DNA of 62,311 bases, filler included, from Coriobacteriales bacterium (GTDB lineage: Bacteria; Actinomycetota; Coriobacteriia; Coriobacteriales; UBA8131): assembly GCA_031263105.1 (NCBI GenBank). It is 6 parts of 6 records of this genome, joined end to end, with 100 filler letters (N's around TTAATTAATTAA, not from the genome) between each part and the next. Parts side by side here need not be neighbours in the genome. Positions count along the whole stretch, not along the records: positions 1 to 13,490 come from JAISGJ010000209.1; positions 13,591 to 20,367 come from JAISGJ010000091.1; 4 more parts are not named here. The stretch is one strand, 5' to 3'. The translations under genes and the position numbers were made by a program. Shown piece by piece: positions 9,887 to 18,858 of the stretch. Numbering within the stretch: the first letter of the stretch is position 1; each line of letters starts with the position of its first letter. The notes beneath the pieces were generated by a model, which saw only the letters and a program-made list of their open reading frames with translations, was not told the origin of the DNA and searched no databases.

Positions 9887-10087
9887 TCAGTTCTCCCCGA
9901 GCAGCCTGATGGCCTCGGCATCGAGGCCGGTGATGTCGCGGATGGTGTCGGGCTCGATGCCCTTGGCGAGCATGCGCGCGGCGGTTTGGGATATCCCCCG
10001 CGCCATCCCCTGCGCCATCCCCTCGTCCCATGCGTACTCGAGCTGCCCCTGGGCGTCCGCCCGCGACATCTCCGCGTAGTCTATCAT
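9887..10087 (-). CDS. Putative intragenic small Rpn protein (RpnS-like, 66 aa)
   Basis: In-frame AAGGAG-cgagag-ATG inside the rpn gene, just before the C-terminal domain. Confidence 0.5.
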   Translation of the reverse strand: MIDYAEMSRADAQGQLEYAWDEGMAQGMARGISQTAARMLAKGIEPDTIRDITGLDAEAIRLLGEN

Positions 10088-10777
10088 CTCTCGCTCCTTC
10101 TCGTCGAGGTTGGCGTACAGCACCGCCCGGCGGGCCTTCCCGATGTAGGCGGGCGCGCCCTCGGCGGGCTCCTCGCCCCGGAAGAACGACAGCCAGCGGG
10201 CGAGGCCCTTCTGGCCCGGCAGGGCCTCCTTGCGCAGCTGCAGGAAGCTCACGTGCAGCGGCGGCCCCGGAAACTCCGTCTGGTACGTTGTATCAAAAAG
10301 CCCGAAGCAGCGCAAGGGGTCGGGGCAGCCGGGGAACAGGTCGAAGTCGCAGACGTTTATGCCGAAGACGGGGCGCAGCGAGGCGTAGGGGGCGCCGGGG
10401 GTGCCGCCGCCCCCCTCGCCCCCGCAGCCCGCCGCGCAGCCGGCGGACGGCAGGGCGGGCAGGCCCCCGGCACGGCCGTAGCCCGCGACGTAGCGCGAGG
10501 CCGCGTAGTACAGGGCCCGCCCGGCGAAGTGCCTCTGGGGCTGGACCTGCATCTCGATGGTGACGAGGCTGCCGTCCCCCAGGCGCGCCAGGACGTCGAC
10601 GACGGTGTGGGCGAGGCGCTCGCGCACGCGGCGCACGTCGTAGGGGTTCTCCACCGTGGCCTCCGCCACGGGCAGGCCGAGCACGTCTTGTATGAAGCCG
10701 GCCAGGACGTCGGCGTTCTCGGGGCTTGCGAAGCACTTCAGGAACAGCAGGTTGTTGGTCGGGGCGTAGCGGGGCAT
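9887..10777 (-). CDS. Rpn family PD-(D/E)XK nuclease (PDDEXK_2 putative transposase)
   Basis: PTNNLLFLKCF, VDVLARL..TIEMQ, RALYY, C-terminal AARMLAKG..IRDITGL; RBS AAGGAGGAGG. Confidence 0.9.
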   Translation of the reverse strand: MPRYAPTNNLLFLKCFASPENADVLAGFIQDVLGLPVAEATVENPYDVRRVRERLAHTVVDVLARLGDGSLVTIEMQVQPQRHFAGRALYYAASRYVAGYGRAGGLPALPSAGCAAGCGGEGGGGTPGAPYASLRPVFGINVCDFDLFPGCPDPLRCFGLFDTTYQTEFPGPPLHVSFLQLRKEALPGQKGLARWLSFFRGEEPAEGAPAYIGKARRAVLYANLDEKEREMIDYAEMSRADAQGQLEYAWDEGMAQGMARGISQTAARMLAKGIEPDTIRDITGLDAEAIRLLGEN

Positions 10778-10833
10778 GGGCCTCCTCCTTGACGGTCGTC
10801 GGGTGCGGGTACCTCCAGCGTAGCAGGCCGACC

Positions 10834-10908
10834 TGACCCGGCGATGGCTCGTTCGTGACCCGGGGCTGACCCGGGGGCCGACCCGGGACTGACCCGGGCC
10901 TGACCCGC
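10834..10908. repeat. Six short (T/C)GACCCG(G) repeats upstream of rpn
   Basis: Copies near 10834, 10856, 10867, 10879, 10890 and 10901. Confidence 0.7.
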
Positions 10909-11072
10909 AGCTGAACGGGCGCGGCAGGCCGCGCTCCGCCGCGCCTCTCAACGATGCGCAACCGGCGGGTAACTTATTTTTGGGGATAAGCAAAACCCTG
11001 ATGTATGCCTTTCGGCAGGGACATCAGGAGATGACAGCGATACAGTGGCGAGGGACGCCTCGGGCGTATCGG

Positions 11073-11490
11073 CTACGCAGGTGCCAGCCGCTTGATGTCC
11101 TCCAAGGTAAGCCCAGTGACATCAATCACTTCCTGGACTGGCATGCCGTGCTTGAGGAGGCTTGCCGCGACCTCCGCCCGCCCTTCCTTCCTGGCGACAG
11201 CGAAGCCGTGCTCCATGTCGCGCTCAAAGATACGACGTGAACGGTAGTGAGCCTGCTGAGCCTCGTCTTGACTGATGCTCATCAAAAGGCTGTTGGCCAT
11301 GTTGACCTCCTCCTTTACGTCGGAAAGCTCTGGCATCAACGACCTATATTCCGGTTTGTGGGCGTTGGCGAAAAACACCGACCACGCCTCCAGAGGCGTC
11401 ATGCCCCCTGCACCCTTTTTGATGACCGGCTCAAGCTTTGAGAGCTCGATGAAAATCGCCCCTATGGAGTCGGAGAGTTCCCCACGCTGT
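11073..11490 (-). pseudogene. 5'-truncated second Rpn gene; C-terminal part intact with internal start at 11300
   Basis: IFIELSKL..LEAWSVFF..EGRAEVAASLLKHG..VTGLTLEDI is present; no D..ExQ nuclease N-terminus; AAGGAGGAGG-tcaac-ATG at 11300. Confidence 0.75.
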
Positions 11491-11538
11491 CGTCAACCGT
11501 CATCAAATCTGGCCTTTCTTGTTGGGAGACACAGTTTA

Positions 11539-11676
11539 TCACCTCTCGCGTCCCGTGCTTGAAGCCCCCGCAGGCCCACCGAACGGACGGTCGTTGGCGG
11601 TCTTGTTCGACTCGATGATACGGTCGGCCATGTCGTCGTCGAGCACGACAATCTGCCCAAAGCTCGCTGTTGCCAT
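11539..11676 (-). pseudogene. N-terminal half of a small MATxS-type putative antitoxin
   Basis: MATASFGQIVVLDDDMADRII is homologous to the 12447 ORF; extended -10 TGCTACAAT upstream; probable continuation lies at ~12880-12993. Confidence 0.6.
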
Positions 11677-11793
11677 CTCGCGCTTCCCCTCACGCGACTC
11701 CGTGACTTATCTACTTACGGATTGTAGCACAGGCGGGCAGGTGCCGGTGTCAGCCAAAGGCGCGGGTGTCGAGGATGTGGGTTCCGCAGGGGT

Positions 11794-11894
11794 GTGACAG
11801 GGGGACGGGCCGTGACAGGGGGACGTACGCGGGGCGTGACAGGGGGACGGGCGTGACAGGGGGACGCGTGACAGGGGGACGTATAATCTGTCAT
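11794..11894. repeat. Five copies of GTGACAGGGGGACG (repeat family C)
   Basis: Direct repeats with short variable spacers; the last copy closes a TGACAG..CTGTCA hairpin. Confidence 0.9.
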
Positions 11895-11897
11895 GTC

Positions 11898-12060
11898 TAC
11901 CTCGACATTCGCCGATTTTCGCCCTCCCGCGCCCCCTCAAAAACCCCTCCGAACCGAGGAAAAATCACCCAATTCCCCGCGCCGCCGACACCCTCCCCAC
12001 ACAAAACCCCAAAAACCCACACGCCCGCACAAGCCAACGGGGACGAAAAACACACACAGG
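11898..12060. repeat. Block repeat B, copy 2 (non-coding part)
   Basis: Near identity to 9423-9548, then similarity to copy 3. Confidence 0.9.
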
Positions 12061-12173
12061 GTGCCAAAGGACAGGGCTAAGTCACCCGAAAATCCGTTGC
12101 CCTGCATCGGCGAAGGAATCTGATGACGAGTTACTATATTTCTCCGATGTCGGCGAAAACCAGTAGCTTGCGA

Positions 12174-12337
12174 GTTACAGTTCACACCTCCACTGTCATC
12201 CCGAGCCCCGCCGAGGAATCCTTGGACACGCAGTGTCCAACGGCAGGTCGGGGGACCCTTCGACCTGCGGTCGCCCGCTGGCGCGGTCGAGGAGCCCTCG
12301 GCAGGCTCGGGATGACAGTGGAGGCGTGAACAGTAAC
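12174..12337. repeat. Palindromic repeat family A (MITE/REPIN-like), complete copy
   Basis: Terminal IR GTTACAGTTCACACCTCCACTGTCATCCCGAGC / GCTCGGGATGACAGTGGAGGCGTGAACAGTAAC with nested hairpins. Confidence 0.9.
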
Positions 12338-12446
12338 GCTTGCGAAGATAAATCGGCGCAAAGAGCATGGCGAAACAAGCTACAAGCCATGAGGCGCCAT
12401 GCTATGATATGTCCAACAAGGACACGAGGCCGAAAGGAGGCTGGCG

Positions 12447-12626
12447 GTGGCAACGGAGAGTATCGGGCAGGTTATCAGGTTCGATGACGAGATGGCGGAT
12501 CGCTTTATTCGGGCCGCACGGTGCGCCGAGGCCGACCCGCCGCCCCCGAGCAAGCACAGCATCAAGTGGGCAGACCCCAAGGAGGTAGCCGCGCAGCTGG
12601 AGCGGAAATACGCGCATGAGGGATGA
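12447..12626 (+). CDS. Small putative antitoxin (59 aa) upstream of a GNAT toxin; not in the ORF track
   Basis: GTG start after AAAGGAGG; MATESIGQVIRFDDEMADRFIRAA..HEG*; overlaps the next ATG; extended -10 TGCTATGAT at ~12400. Confidence 0.65.
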   Translation: MATESIGQVIRFDDEMADRFIRAARCAEADPPPPSKHSIKWADPKEVAAQLERKYAHEG

Positions 12627-12858
12627 CCTCCGCCTTGCGCCGCTTCGGGAGCAGATACGCTCGTCAGACACAGGACTCCTCGAGAAGCAGCTCGGGGAGT
12701 TTTGCTGCGCGAGGGACAGGGATGTGGAATCCTTCCTACACGAGAAGGCCATACGCTACGAACGTTCGGGGTTAAGCCACACGTATCTGTACTTGACCAG
12801 AGGGACTGACGCAATCGAGGTCGCAGCCTACTTCAGCATGATTCCACCGAGAATATAG
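12616..12858 (+). pseudogene. Truncated GNAT acetyltransferase toxin (N-terminal 80 aa)
   Basis: FCCARDRDVESFLHEKAIRYE..SHTYLYL..VAAYFS; stops before the acetyl-CoA-binding motif. Confidence 0.65.
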
Positions 12859-12996
12859 GTCAGGCGATTGCCCTGTCGGGGAGCACCCTGTAATTGCTGC
12901 GCGCTTCATGCGTTCAATGAATCGCCGGATATCTTCGTCCGTCGCCTCCTTGAACAGAGGGCTGCCCTGCCCGAACGGACGGTCGTTGGCGGTTTT

Positions 12997-13293
12997 ATCA
13001 CCCAATTCCCAGCGCCGCCGACACCCTCCCCGCACAAAACCCCCAAAACCCCCACACCCACACAAGCCAACAGGAGCGGAAAGCACGCACGGGGACGTAG
13101 CCCGCGAGCGTTGCGACCAGTACACGAAGTTACCAGTCTATTCAACGATTTCTTTGGCGTCCTCGAACTCCTCGAACTCTTGCGTCCACTCGACAAGCTT
13201 TTGTTGGAGCAAGGTCTTGTCGGGCAGGTATCAGTTGGATGCAGTGTGTCGTCGAGGTTGGCGTACAGCACCGTCCGGCGGGCCTTCCCGATG
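12997..13293. repeat. Block repeat B, copy 3, with YhcG tail fused to 43 nt of rpn
   Basis: 12997-13250 resembles 9489-9732; 13251-13293 matches 10103-10145 with one mismatch. Confidence 0.9.
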
Positions 13294-13490
13294 GTTGCTG
13301 TTCACACCCTACTGTCATTCCGAGCCCTTCGGCTACGCTCAGGGTAAACTCCGGGGGCGAAGCCCCGGAGCCGAGGAATCTTTGGGTCCGAGCGCCCGGA
13401 AAACGCACAGCGTTTTCAGCGAGGATGGCGCGACAGTCCAGTGGACTGTCGCGGGGCGAAGCTGCGAAGCAGCGGGTGAGCCCATGGAAC
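13294..13490. repeat. Repeat family A, variant copy cut by the contig end
   Basis: CTGTCATTCCGAGC arm, CCCTTCGGCTACGCTCAGGG and CCGGGGGCGAAGCCCCGG modules as at 33562-33610. Confidence 0.85.
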
Positions 13491-13590
13491 NNNNNNNNNN
13501 NNNNNNNNNNNNNNNNNNNNNNNNNNNNNNNNNNTTAATTAATTAANNNNNNNNNNNNNNNNNNNNNNNNNNNNNNNNNNNNNNNNNNNN
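13491..13590. other. Artificial contig spacer (also 20368-20467, 30013-30112, 39099-39198, 43358-43457)
   Basis: N run with TTAATTAATTAA six-frame stop linker. Confidence 0.99.
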
Positions 13591-13868
13591 GGGGCGGGGT
13601 GGGGGGGGGGCGGGGCGGGGGCGCGGCGCGCGGCCGGGGGGGGCCGCCCCGGCGGCGGGGGGTGAACAGTAACGTGCGCTGCGCTCCCTCTCGTCATTGC
13701 ACGAGCGTCTGTTCTGGTATCATAGTACGGTTCGACTATTACACATGCTCGAGGACTCTGTCCGCGTGTGGCTCCGAGGAGCTGCGGCACAGGGGTTGAG
13801 TCGGGCAGAGGGCCGCATCCCGCCCGTCGCAGGACGTCGTGGGACCGGCAACAACAAAAGGAGAGAAT

Positions 13869-14948
13869 ATGGCCACGACTGTCAACATCAGGTCGCTGCT
13901 CGATGCAGCCGTCCACTTTGGGCATCAGACCCGCCGGTGGAACCCGAAGATGAAGCCCTACATCTTCGGGGACCGCAACGGCATCTACATCATCGACCTC
14001 AAGCAGACCCTGTTAGGCCTCGATGCGGCCTACAGCTTCGTCAGCGACCTTGTCGCAGGCGGCGGCACGCTGCTTTTCGTAGGCACGAAGAAGCAGGCCC
14101 AAGAGGCCGTTGCCCTCAATGCCGAGCGCTGCGCCATGCCCTACGTGAACACCCGCTGGCTCGGCGGCATGCTCACGAACTTCGTGACCATCCGCTCCCG
14201 CGTCACCTATATGGAGGACCTCGAGGCCATGGATGCCGACGGACGTATGGCGGCGCTGCCCAAGAAGGAGCAGATCCTGCTGCGCAAGGAGCTCGTGAAG
14301 CTCCAGGCCAACCTCAACGGCGTGCGCACCATGAAGCGCGTCCCCCAGGCGGTCTTCGTCGTCGACACCAAGCGCGAGGAGATAGCCATCCATGAGGCCC
14401 ATCGCCTAGGGATACCGGTCATCGGCGTCTTGGACACGAACGCCGACCCGGACGACGTGGACTACGGGATACCCGCCAACGACGACGCGATCCGTTCGGT
14501 GGCGCTGCTGTGCGAGGTCGTCGCAGACGCCGCCGTCGCCGGGGCGGCCCTCTCGGCCGTCTCCGAGACCGAGATGGCCGTCTCCTCCGCAGATGCCGCG
14601 CCTCCTGCTGCGGCGCCTGCCGACGCCGCGCCGCCCGCAGATGCCGCGCCGCCCGCGCCTGCCCTTGGCGGGACGGAGCCCGCGCCCGTCGCGTCGCCCT
14701 CCGTGGACGCGCCGCCCCCTGCGGACGGCTTCGCGCCTTCGAAGGCGCTGCCCATGGACGCACCGCTCACGGGGTCCGCAGCAGTCGGCGGTGCGCCCGC
14801 CGAGGCCCCAGCGCCTGCGCCTGCTGCTGCCGCCGAGGTCGCGCCTGTAGCGGCGCCCGCGCCCCTCCCCGAAGCCGCCCCTGCGCCCGAAGCCGCCCCT
14901 GCTCCCACATCCGAGCCCGTCGACGCCCCCGCCCCCGAGGCCGGGTAG
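13869..14948 (+). CDS. rpsB: 30S ribosomal protein S2 with long Ala/Pro-rich C-terminal tail
   Basis: [45 protein letters not shown]. Confidence 0.98.
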   Translation: MATTVNIRSLLDAAVHFGHQTRRWNPKMKPYIFGDRNGIYIIDLKQTLLGLDAAYSFVSDLVAGGGTLLFVGTKKQAQEAVALNAERCAMPYVNTRWLGGMLTNFVTIRSRVTYMEDLEAMDADGRMAALPKKEQILLRKELVKLQANLNGVRTMKRVPQAVFVVDTKREEIAIHEAHRLGIPVIGVLDTNADPDDVDYGIPANDDAIRSVALLCEVVADAAVAGAALSAVSETEMAVSSADAAPPAAAPADAAPPADAAPPAPALGGTEPAPVASPSVDAPPPADGFAPSKALPMDAPLTGSAAVGGAPAEAPAPAPAAAAEVAPVAAPAPLPEAAPAPEAAPAPTSEPVDAPAPEAG

Positions 14949-15015
14949 TCCCGGGCCCCGACCCGCCCGCATCGAACCGAGAACACACAGTGCGTCACAG
15001 AGAAAGGACGGCACC

Positions 15016-15888
15016 ATGGCAGAGATAACCGCATCCTTGGTAAAGGAGCTGCGCGAGGTCACCGGCGCAGGGATGATGGAATGCAAGAAGGCGCTCACCG
15101 AGGCCGGGGCCGACATCGAGAAGGCCATCGACGTGCTGCGCACCCGTGGCCTTGCGGCCGTCGCAAAGAAGGCGGGCCGCGCGACCAACGAGGGCCTTGC
15201 CCTCACGGTGCTCTCCGACGACGCACGGACCGCGGCGCTCGTCGAGGTCGACTGCGAGACTGACTTCGTCTCACGCAACGAGGTCTTCAAGGCTTATGTG
15301 GCGCGGATCGCCCAGGCGGTCTTCGAGAACGACCCCGCCGACATCGACGCCCTCAAGTCCTCCTCCACAGGAGGCGAGACCGTCGAGGCCATCCTCACCG
15401 ACGCCATCCACACCATAGGGGAGAACATCCAGGTCGCGCGCTTCGTGCGCCGCACGGTGGACACGGGCGCCATCTCGAGCTACATCCACGGCGGCGGGCG
15501 CCTCAGTGTGCTCGTGCAGTTCAAGCTCGGCAAGCAGGAGAGCGCCGCCAACGAGGAGTTCAGGGCGCTGGCAAAGGACATCGCCATGCAGGTCGCCTCG
15601 GCGAACCCCGGCGCCGTGACGCGCGAAGGCTTCAGCGAGGAGGTCATCGCCCACGAGATGGCCATCTACAAGGCGAAGGCAGCCGAGTCCGGGAAGCCCG
15701 AGAACATCCAGGAGAAGATCGCCGAGGGCAACCTCCGCAAGTTCTACCAGGAGAACGTCCTCGTCGAGCAGGCGTTCGTCAAGGATCCCGACAAGACCAT
15801 CCAGGCGGTCATCGACAAGGTGGCGAAGGCCATCGGCGACAGCATCGAGGTGCTCGGCTTCGACCGCTTCGAGGTCGGCCAAGGGTAG
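15016..15888 (+). CDS. tsf: Elongation factor Ts
   Basis: [25 protein letters not shown]. Confidence 0.98.
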   Translation: MAEITASLVKELREVTGAGMMECKKALTEAGADIEKAIDVLRTRGLAAVAKKAGRATNEGLALTVLSDDARTAALVEVDCETDFVSRNEVFKAYVARIAQAVFENDPADIDALKSSSTGGETVEAILTDAIHTIGENIQVARFVRRTVDTGAISSYIHGGGRLSVLVQFKLGKQESAANEEFRALAKDIAMQVASANPGAVTREGFSEEVIAHEMAIYKAKAAESGKPENIQEKIAEGNLRKFYQENVLVEQAFVKDPDKTIQAVIDKVAKAIGDSIEVLGFDRFEVGQG

Positions 15889-15904
15889 GGAAGGAGGCCG
15901 GGCC

Positions 15905-16618
15905 GTGGCAGGCTACCAGTACGGGCGTGTCCTCCTCAAGCTCTCCGGCGAGCACCTTGCCGGCGGGCAGGGCTACGGCATAGACCCCAAGGTGATAAAC
16001 GGGCTTGCGGAGCAGATCGGGCGCATCAAGGAAGGCGGCGTCGAACTTGCCGTCACCGTCGGGGGAGGCAACATCTTCCGGGGGATGGCCGCCTCGACCG
16101 AGGGCATGGACCGCAGCCAGGCCGACTACATCGGCATGCTCGCCACGGTCATGAACGCGCTCGCCCTGCAGGAGGCCTTGGAGCGGGCGGGCGTCTACAC
16201 GCGGGTGCAGAGCGCGCTGGCCATGCAGGAGGTCGCCGAGACCTATATCCGCCGCCGTGCGCTGCGCCACCTCGAGAAGGGGCGCGTCGTCATCTTCGCG
16301 GGCGGCACCGGCAAGCCCTACTTCACCACCGACACCGCAGCGGCCCTGCGCGCCTGCGAGATCGACGCCGACGTCTTCATGAAGGCGACGAAGGTGGACG
16401 GCGTCTACGACAGCGACCCTGTGAAGAACCCGGACGCCAAGCGCTTCGACCGCATCAGCTACCTCGACGTGCTCACCAAGGAGCTGCACATCATGGACGC
16501 CACGGCCATCTCGCTGTGCATGGACAACAAGCTCCCTCTCATCGTGTTCAGCCTCGCGCAGGACGGCACCATGGAGGCGGCCCTGCGCGGCGAGCCGGTC
16601 GGCACCGTTGTATACTGA
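15905..16618 (+). CDS. pyrH: UMP kinase
   Basis: [28 protein letters not shown]. Confidence 0.98.
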   Translation: MAGYQYGRVLLKLSGEHLAGGQGYGIDPKVINGLAEQIGRIKEGGVELAVTVGGGNIFRGMAASTEGMDRSQADYIGMLATVMNALALQEALERAGVYTRVQSALAMQEVAETYIRRRALRHLEKGRVVIFAGGTGKPYFTTDTAAALRACEIDADVFMKATKVDGVYDSDPVKNPDAKRFDRISYLDVLTKELHIMDATAISLCMDNKLPLIVFSLAQDGTMEAALRGEPVGTVVY

Positions 16619-16687
16619 GTCGGGGGAGCCTGTGGCCCATGGGGGCCACAGGGCCTGTCGGAACCGCCGTCCACAAGGAGGACGCCC

Positions 16688-17245
16688 ATGATCGACGACG
16701 TTATCGCCGCAGCGACCGCCAAGATGGACAAGACCGTCGCCAACCTCGCACACGAGTTCTCCACGATCCGCACCGGCAGGGCGTCGTCCGCCATGCTGGA
16801 GCGCATCCAGGTGGACTACTACGGCACGCCGACGCCCGTCACCCAGCTGGCAAGCGTCAAGTCCCCCGAGGCGCATCTGCTCGTCGTCGAGCCCTGGGAC
16901 AAGCAGGTGCTGGGCGACGTGGTGAAGGCCCTCCAGAAAAGCGACCTCGGCATCACCCCCTCCAACGACGGGAACATCATCCGCCTGCCGTTCCCGCCGC
17001 TCACCGAGGAGCGCCGCAAGGAGCTCGTCAAGCAGTGCAGCCACATCGCGGAGGACGCGAAGGTCGCCATCCGCAACGAGCGGCGCGAGGCGAACAGCAG
17101 GCTCGAGAAGCTCCTCAAGGACGAGGACCTCTCCAAGGACGAGGTGCATCGCGCCGAGGAGACGGTGCAGAAGCTGACGGATCGGCATGTCGCGGAGGTG
17201 GACGAGGCCTTCGAGCGCAAGAAGGCCGAAGTCATGGAGGTCTGA
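16688..17245 (+). CDS. frr: Ribosome recycling factor
   Basis: IRTGRAS, PPLTEERRKELVK. Confidence 0.98.
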   Translation: MIDDVIAAATAKMDKTVANLAHEFSTIRTGRASSAMLERIQVDYYGTPTPVTQLASVKSPEAHLLVVEPWDKQVLGDVVKALQKSDLGITPSNDGNIIRLPFPPLTEERRKELVKQCSHIAEDAKVAIRNERREANSRLEKLLKDEDLSKDEVHRAEETVQKLTDRHVAEVDEAFERKKAEVMEV

Positions 17246-17249
17246 GGTA

Positions 17250-18041
17250 TTGCCATCCCATGAGTTTGCAGAGCGGCTCCACACCGTCTTCGACCCGGTG
17301 CCGGACGACATCGACCTCGCGTCGGTCGACCCCGGGCGCATCCCCCTCCACATCGCCGTCATCATGGACGGCAACGGGCGCTGGGCCGAACAGCGCGGCA
17401 TCACCCGTGCGCTGGGGCACAAGGCGGGCATCGACGGCGTCCGCGCCCTTATCCGCACGGCCAACGACCTGGGCGTCCGCTACCTGACGATCTACTCGTT
17501 CTCCACCGAGAACTGGGCGCGCCCCGCAGTCGAGGTCAAGGCGCTTATGTCCCTTTTCGCCAAGACGATGGCCGCCGAGCTCGAAGGGCTGCACGCGGAG
17601 CAGGTGCGCATCCGCACGATAGGCGACCTTTCGCCCCTGCCCGCCAAGACGCGCGACACCTTCAGGGACGCTGCCCAGCGCACGGCGGCCAACACGGGCA
17701 TGACCTTGGTCATCGCGGTGAACTACGGCTCGCAGCTCGAGATCGTCGCCGCTGCCCGGCGCATAGCGCACGAGGCCGCAGCGGGCGACCTCGATGCCGC
17801 CGCCTTGGAGGCCCTCGATCCTGCGACCTTCGAGGGCTACCTCGAGACCACAGGCATCCCGGACCCCGACCTGCTCATCCGTACGAGCGGGGAGTACCGC
17901 CTCTCCAACTTCCTGCTGTTCCAGATAGCCTACAGCGAGCTGTACGTCACGCCGGTGCTCTGGCCGGATTTCGACAAGTACGAGCTTTTGCGCGCCATCC
18001 TCGCCTTCCAGGGGCGGCAGAGGCGCTTCGGCGGGGTGTGA
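17250..18041 (+). CDS. uppS: Isoprenyl transferase (undecaprenyl-PP synthase)
   Basis: HIAVIMDGNGRWA, FSTENW, DLLIRTSGEYRLSNFL; TTG start inferred. Confidence 0.96.
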   Translation: MPSHEFAERLHTVFDPVPDDIDLASVDPGRIPLHIAVIMDGNGRWAEQRGITRALGHKAGIDGVRALIRTANDLGVRYLTIYSFSTENWARPAVEVKALMSLFAKTMAAELEGLHAEQVRIRTIGDLSPLPAKTRDTFRDAAQRTAANTGMTLVIAVNYGSQLEIVAAARRIAHEAAAGDLDAAALEALDPATFEGYLETTGIPDPDLLIRTSGEYRLSNFLLFQIAYSELYVTPVLWPDFDKYELLRAILAFQGRQRRFGGV

Positions 18042-18044
18042 GCG

Positions 18045-18848
18045 GTGGGCGGCCTCAGGACACGCGTGCTCACGGGGGGCGTCTTCTCCCTCAGCATCGT
18101 CGCCCTCGTCCTGCTCAGCAAGCCGACGACGGTGCTGGTGGCGACGCTGCTCTCGGGGCTGTGCGCCTTCGAGCTCTTCCGCATGCTCAGGAGCGACGCG
18201 AAGCTGCCCAACGAGTTCCTGGGCACGGCGGTCGCGGCGCTCTACCCCGTCGCCTATGCGATCTGGCACTTCAACGGCCTGCTCTCGCTGACGGTGGGCT
18301 TCGCCTGCGCCCTGCTCATCTGGTACGTCTTCTTCACCCCCGCGCGCATAACCGACGTGTCGGTTACGCTGTTCGGGGCCTGCTACACGGGCATGATGCT
18401 CTCCTCGCTCGTGATGATACGCGAGATACTCGACGGCTTCTGGGGCGGCGTGCTCGTCGTCGGCATCCTGCTCTCCGTGTGGGCGAACGACACCTTCGCC
18501 TACCTCATAGGCTCGCGCCTCGGCAAACATCCCATGGCGCCGCACATCTCGCCGAAGAAGTCCTGGGAGGGCTTCTTCGCGGGCATCCTCGTGTCGGTCG
18601 CGGTCTGGTGCCTCCTTCCCCTCATACCGGGCCTCGAGCTGCCCCTCGTCTGGGCCGTCGTCGGCGGCCTGGCCTGCGGCTGGATAGGCATCCTCGGCGA
18701 CCTCGTCGAGTCGCGCATCAAGCGCAGCCTCGGCTTCAAGGACTCGGGCAACCTCCTGCCGGGCCACGGCGGCTTCCTCGACCGCTGCGACTCCCTCATC
18801 GTGGTGGCGGCCGTCGCCTCCCTCCTGTTCCGGGTCATAGGGCTGTAG
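18045..18848 (+). CDS. cdsA: Phosphatidate cytidylyltransferase
   Basis: ISPKKSWEG, GDLVESRIKR..KDSGNLLPGHGGFLDRCD. Confidence 0.97.
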   Translation: MGGLRTRVLTGGVFSLSIVALVLLSKPTTVLVATLLSGLCAFELFRMLRSDAKLPNEFLGTAVAALYPVAYAIWHFNGLLSLTVGFACALLIWYVFFTPARITDVSVTLFGACYTGMMLSSLVMIREILDGFWGGVLVVGILLSVWANDTFAYLIGSRLGKHPMAPHISPKKSWEGFFAGILVSVAVWCLLPLIPGLELPLVWAVVGGLACGWIGILGDLVESRIKRSLGFKDSGNLLPGHGGFLDRCDSLIVVAAVASLLFRVIGL

Positions 18849-18858
18849 GGATAAGGCT

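Noticed and set aside
9887..10777. Rpn as the transposase for the palindromic repeats
   Set aside because: Despite the putative-transposase label there are no terminal repeats or target duplications around it, and Rpn proteins are not shown to transpose.
11794..11881. Possible CRISPR array (also 28924-28996)
   Set aside because: Repeats are 14-19 nt with spacers of 0-12 nt, and there are no cas genes.
13591..13660. G-rich stretch as a G-quadruplex or phase-variable tract
   Set aside because: At a contig edge and looks like low-quality sequence of a family A arm.
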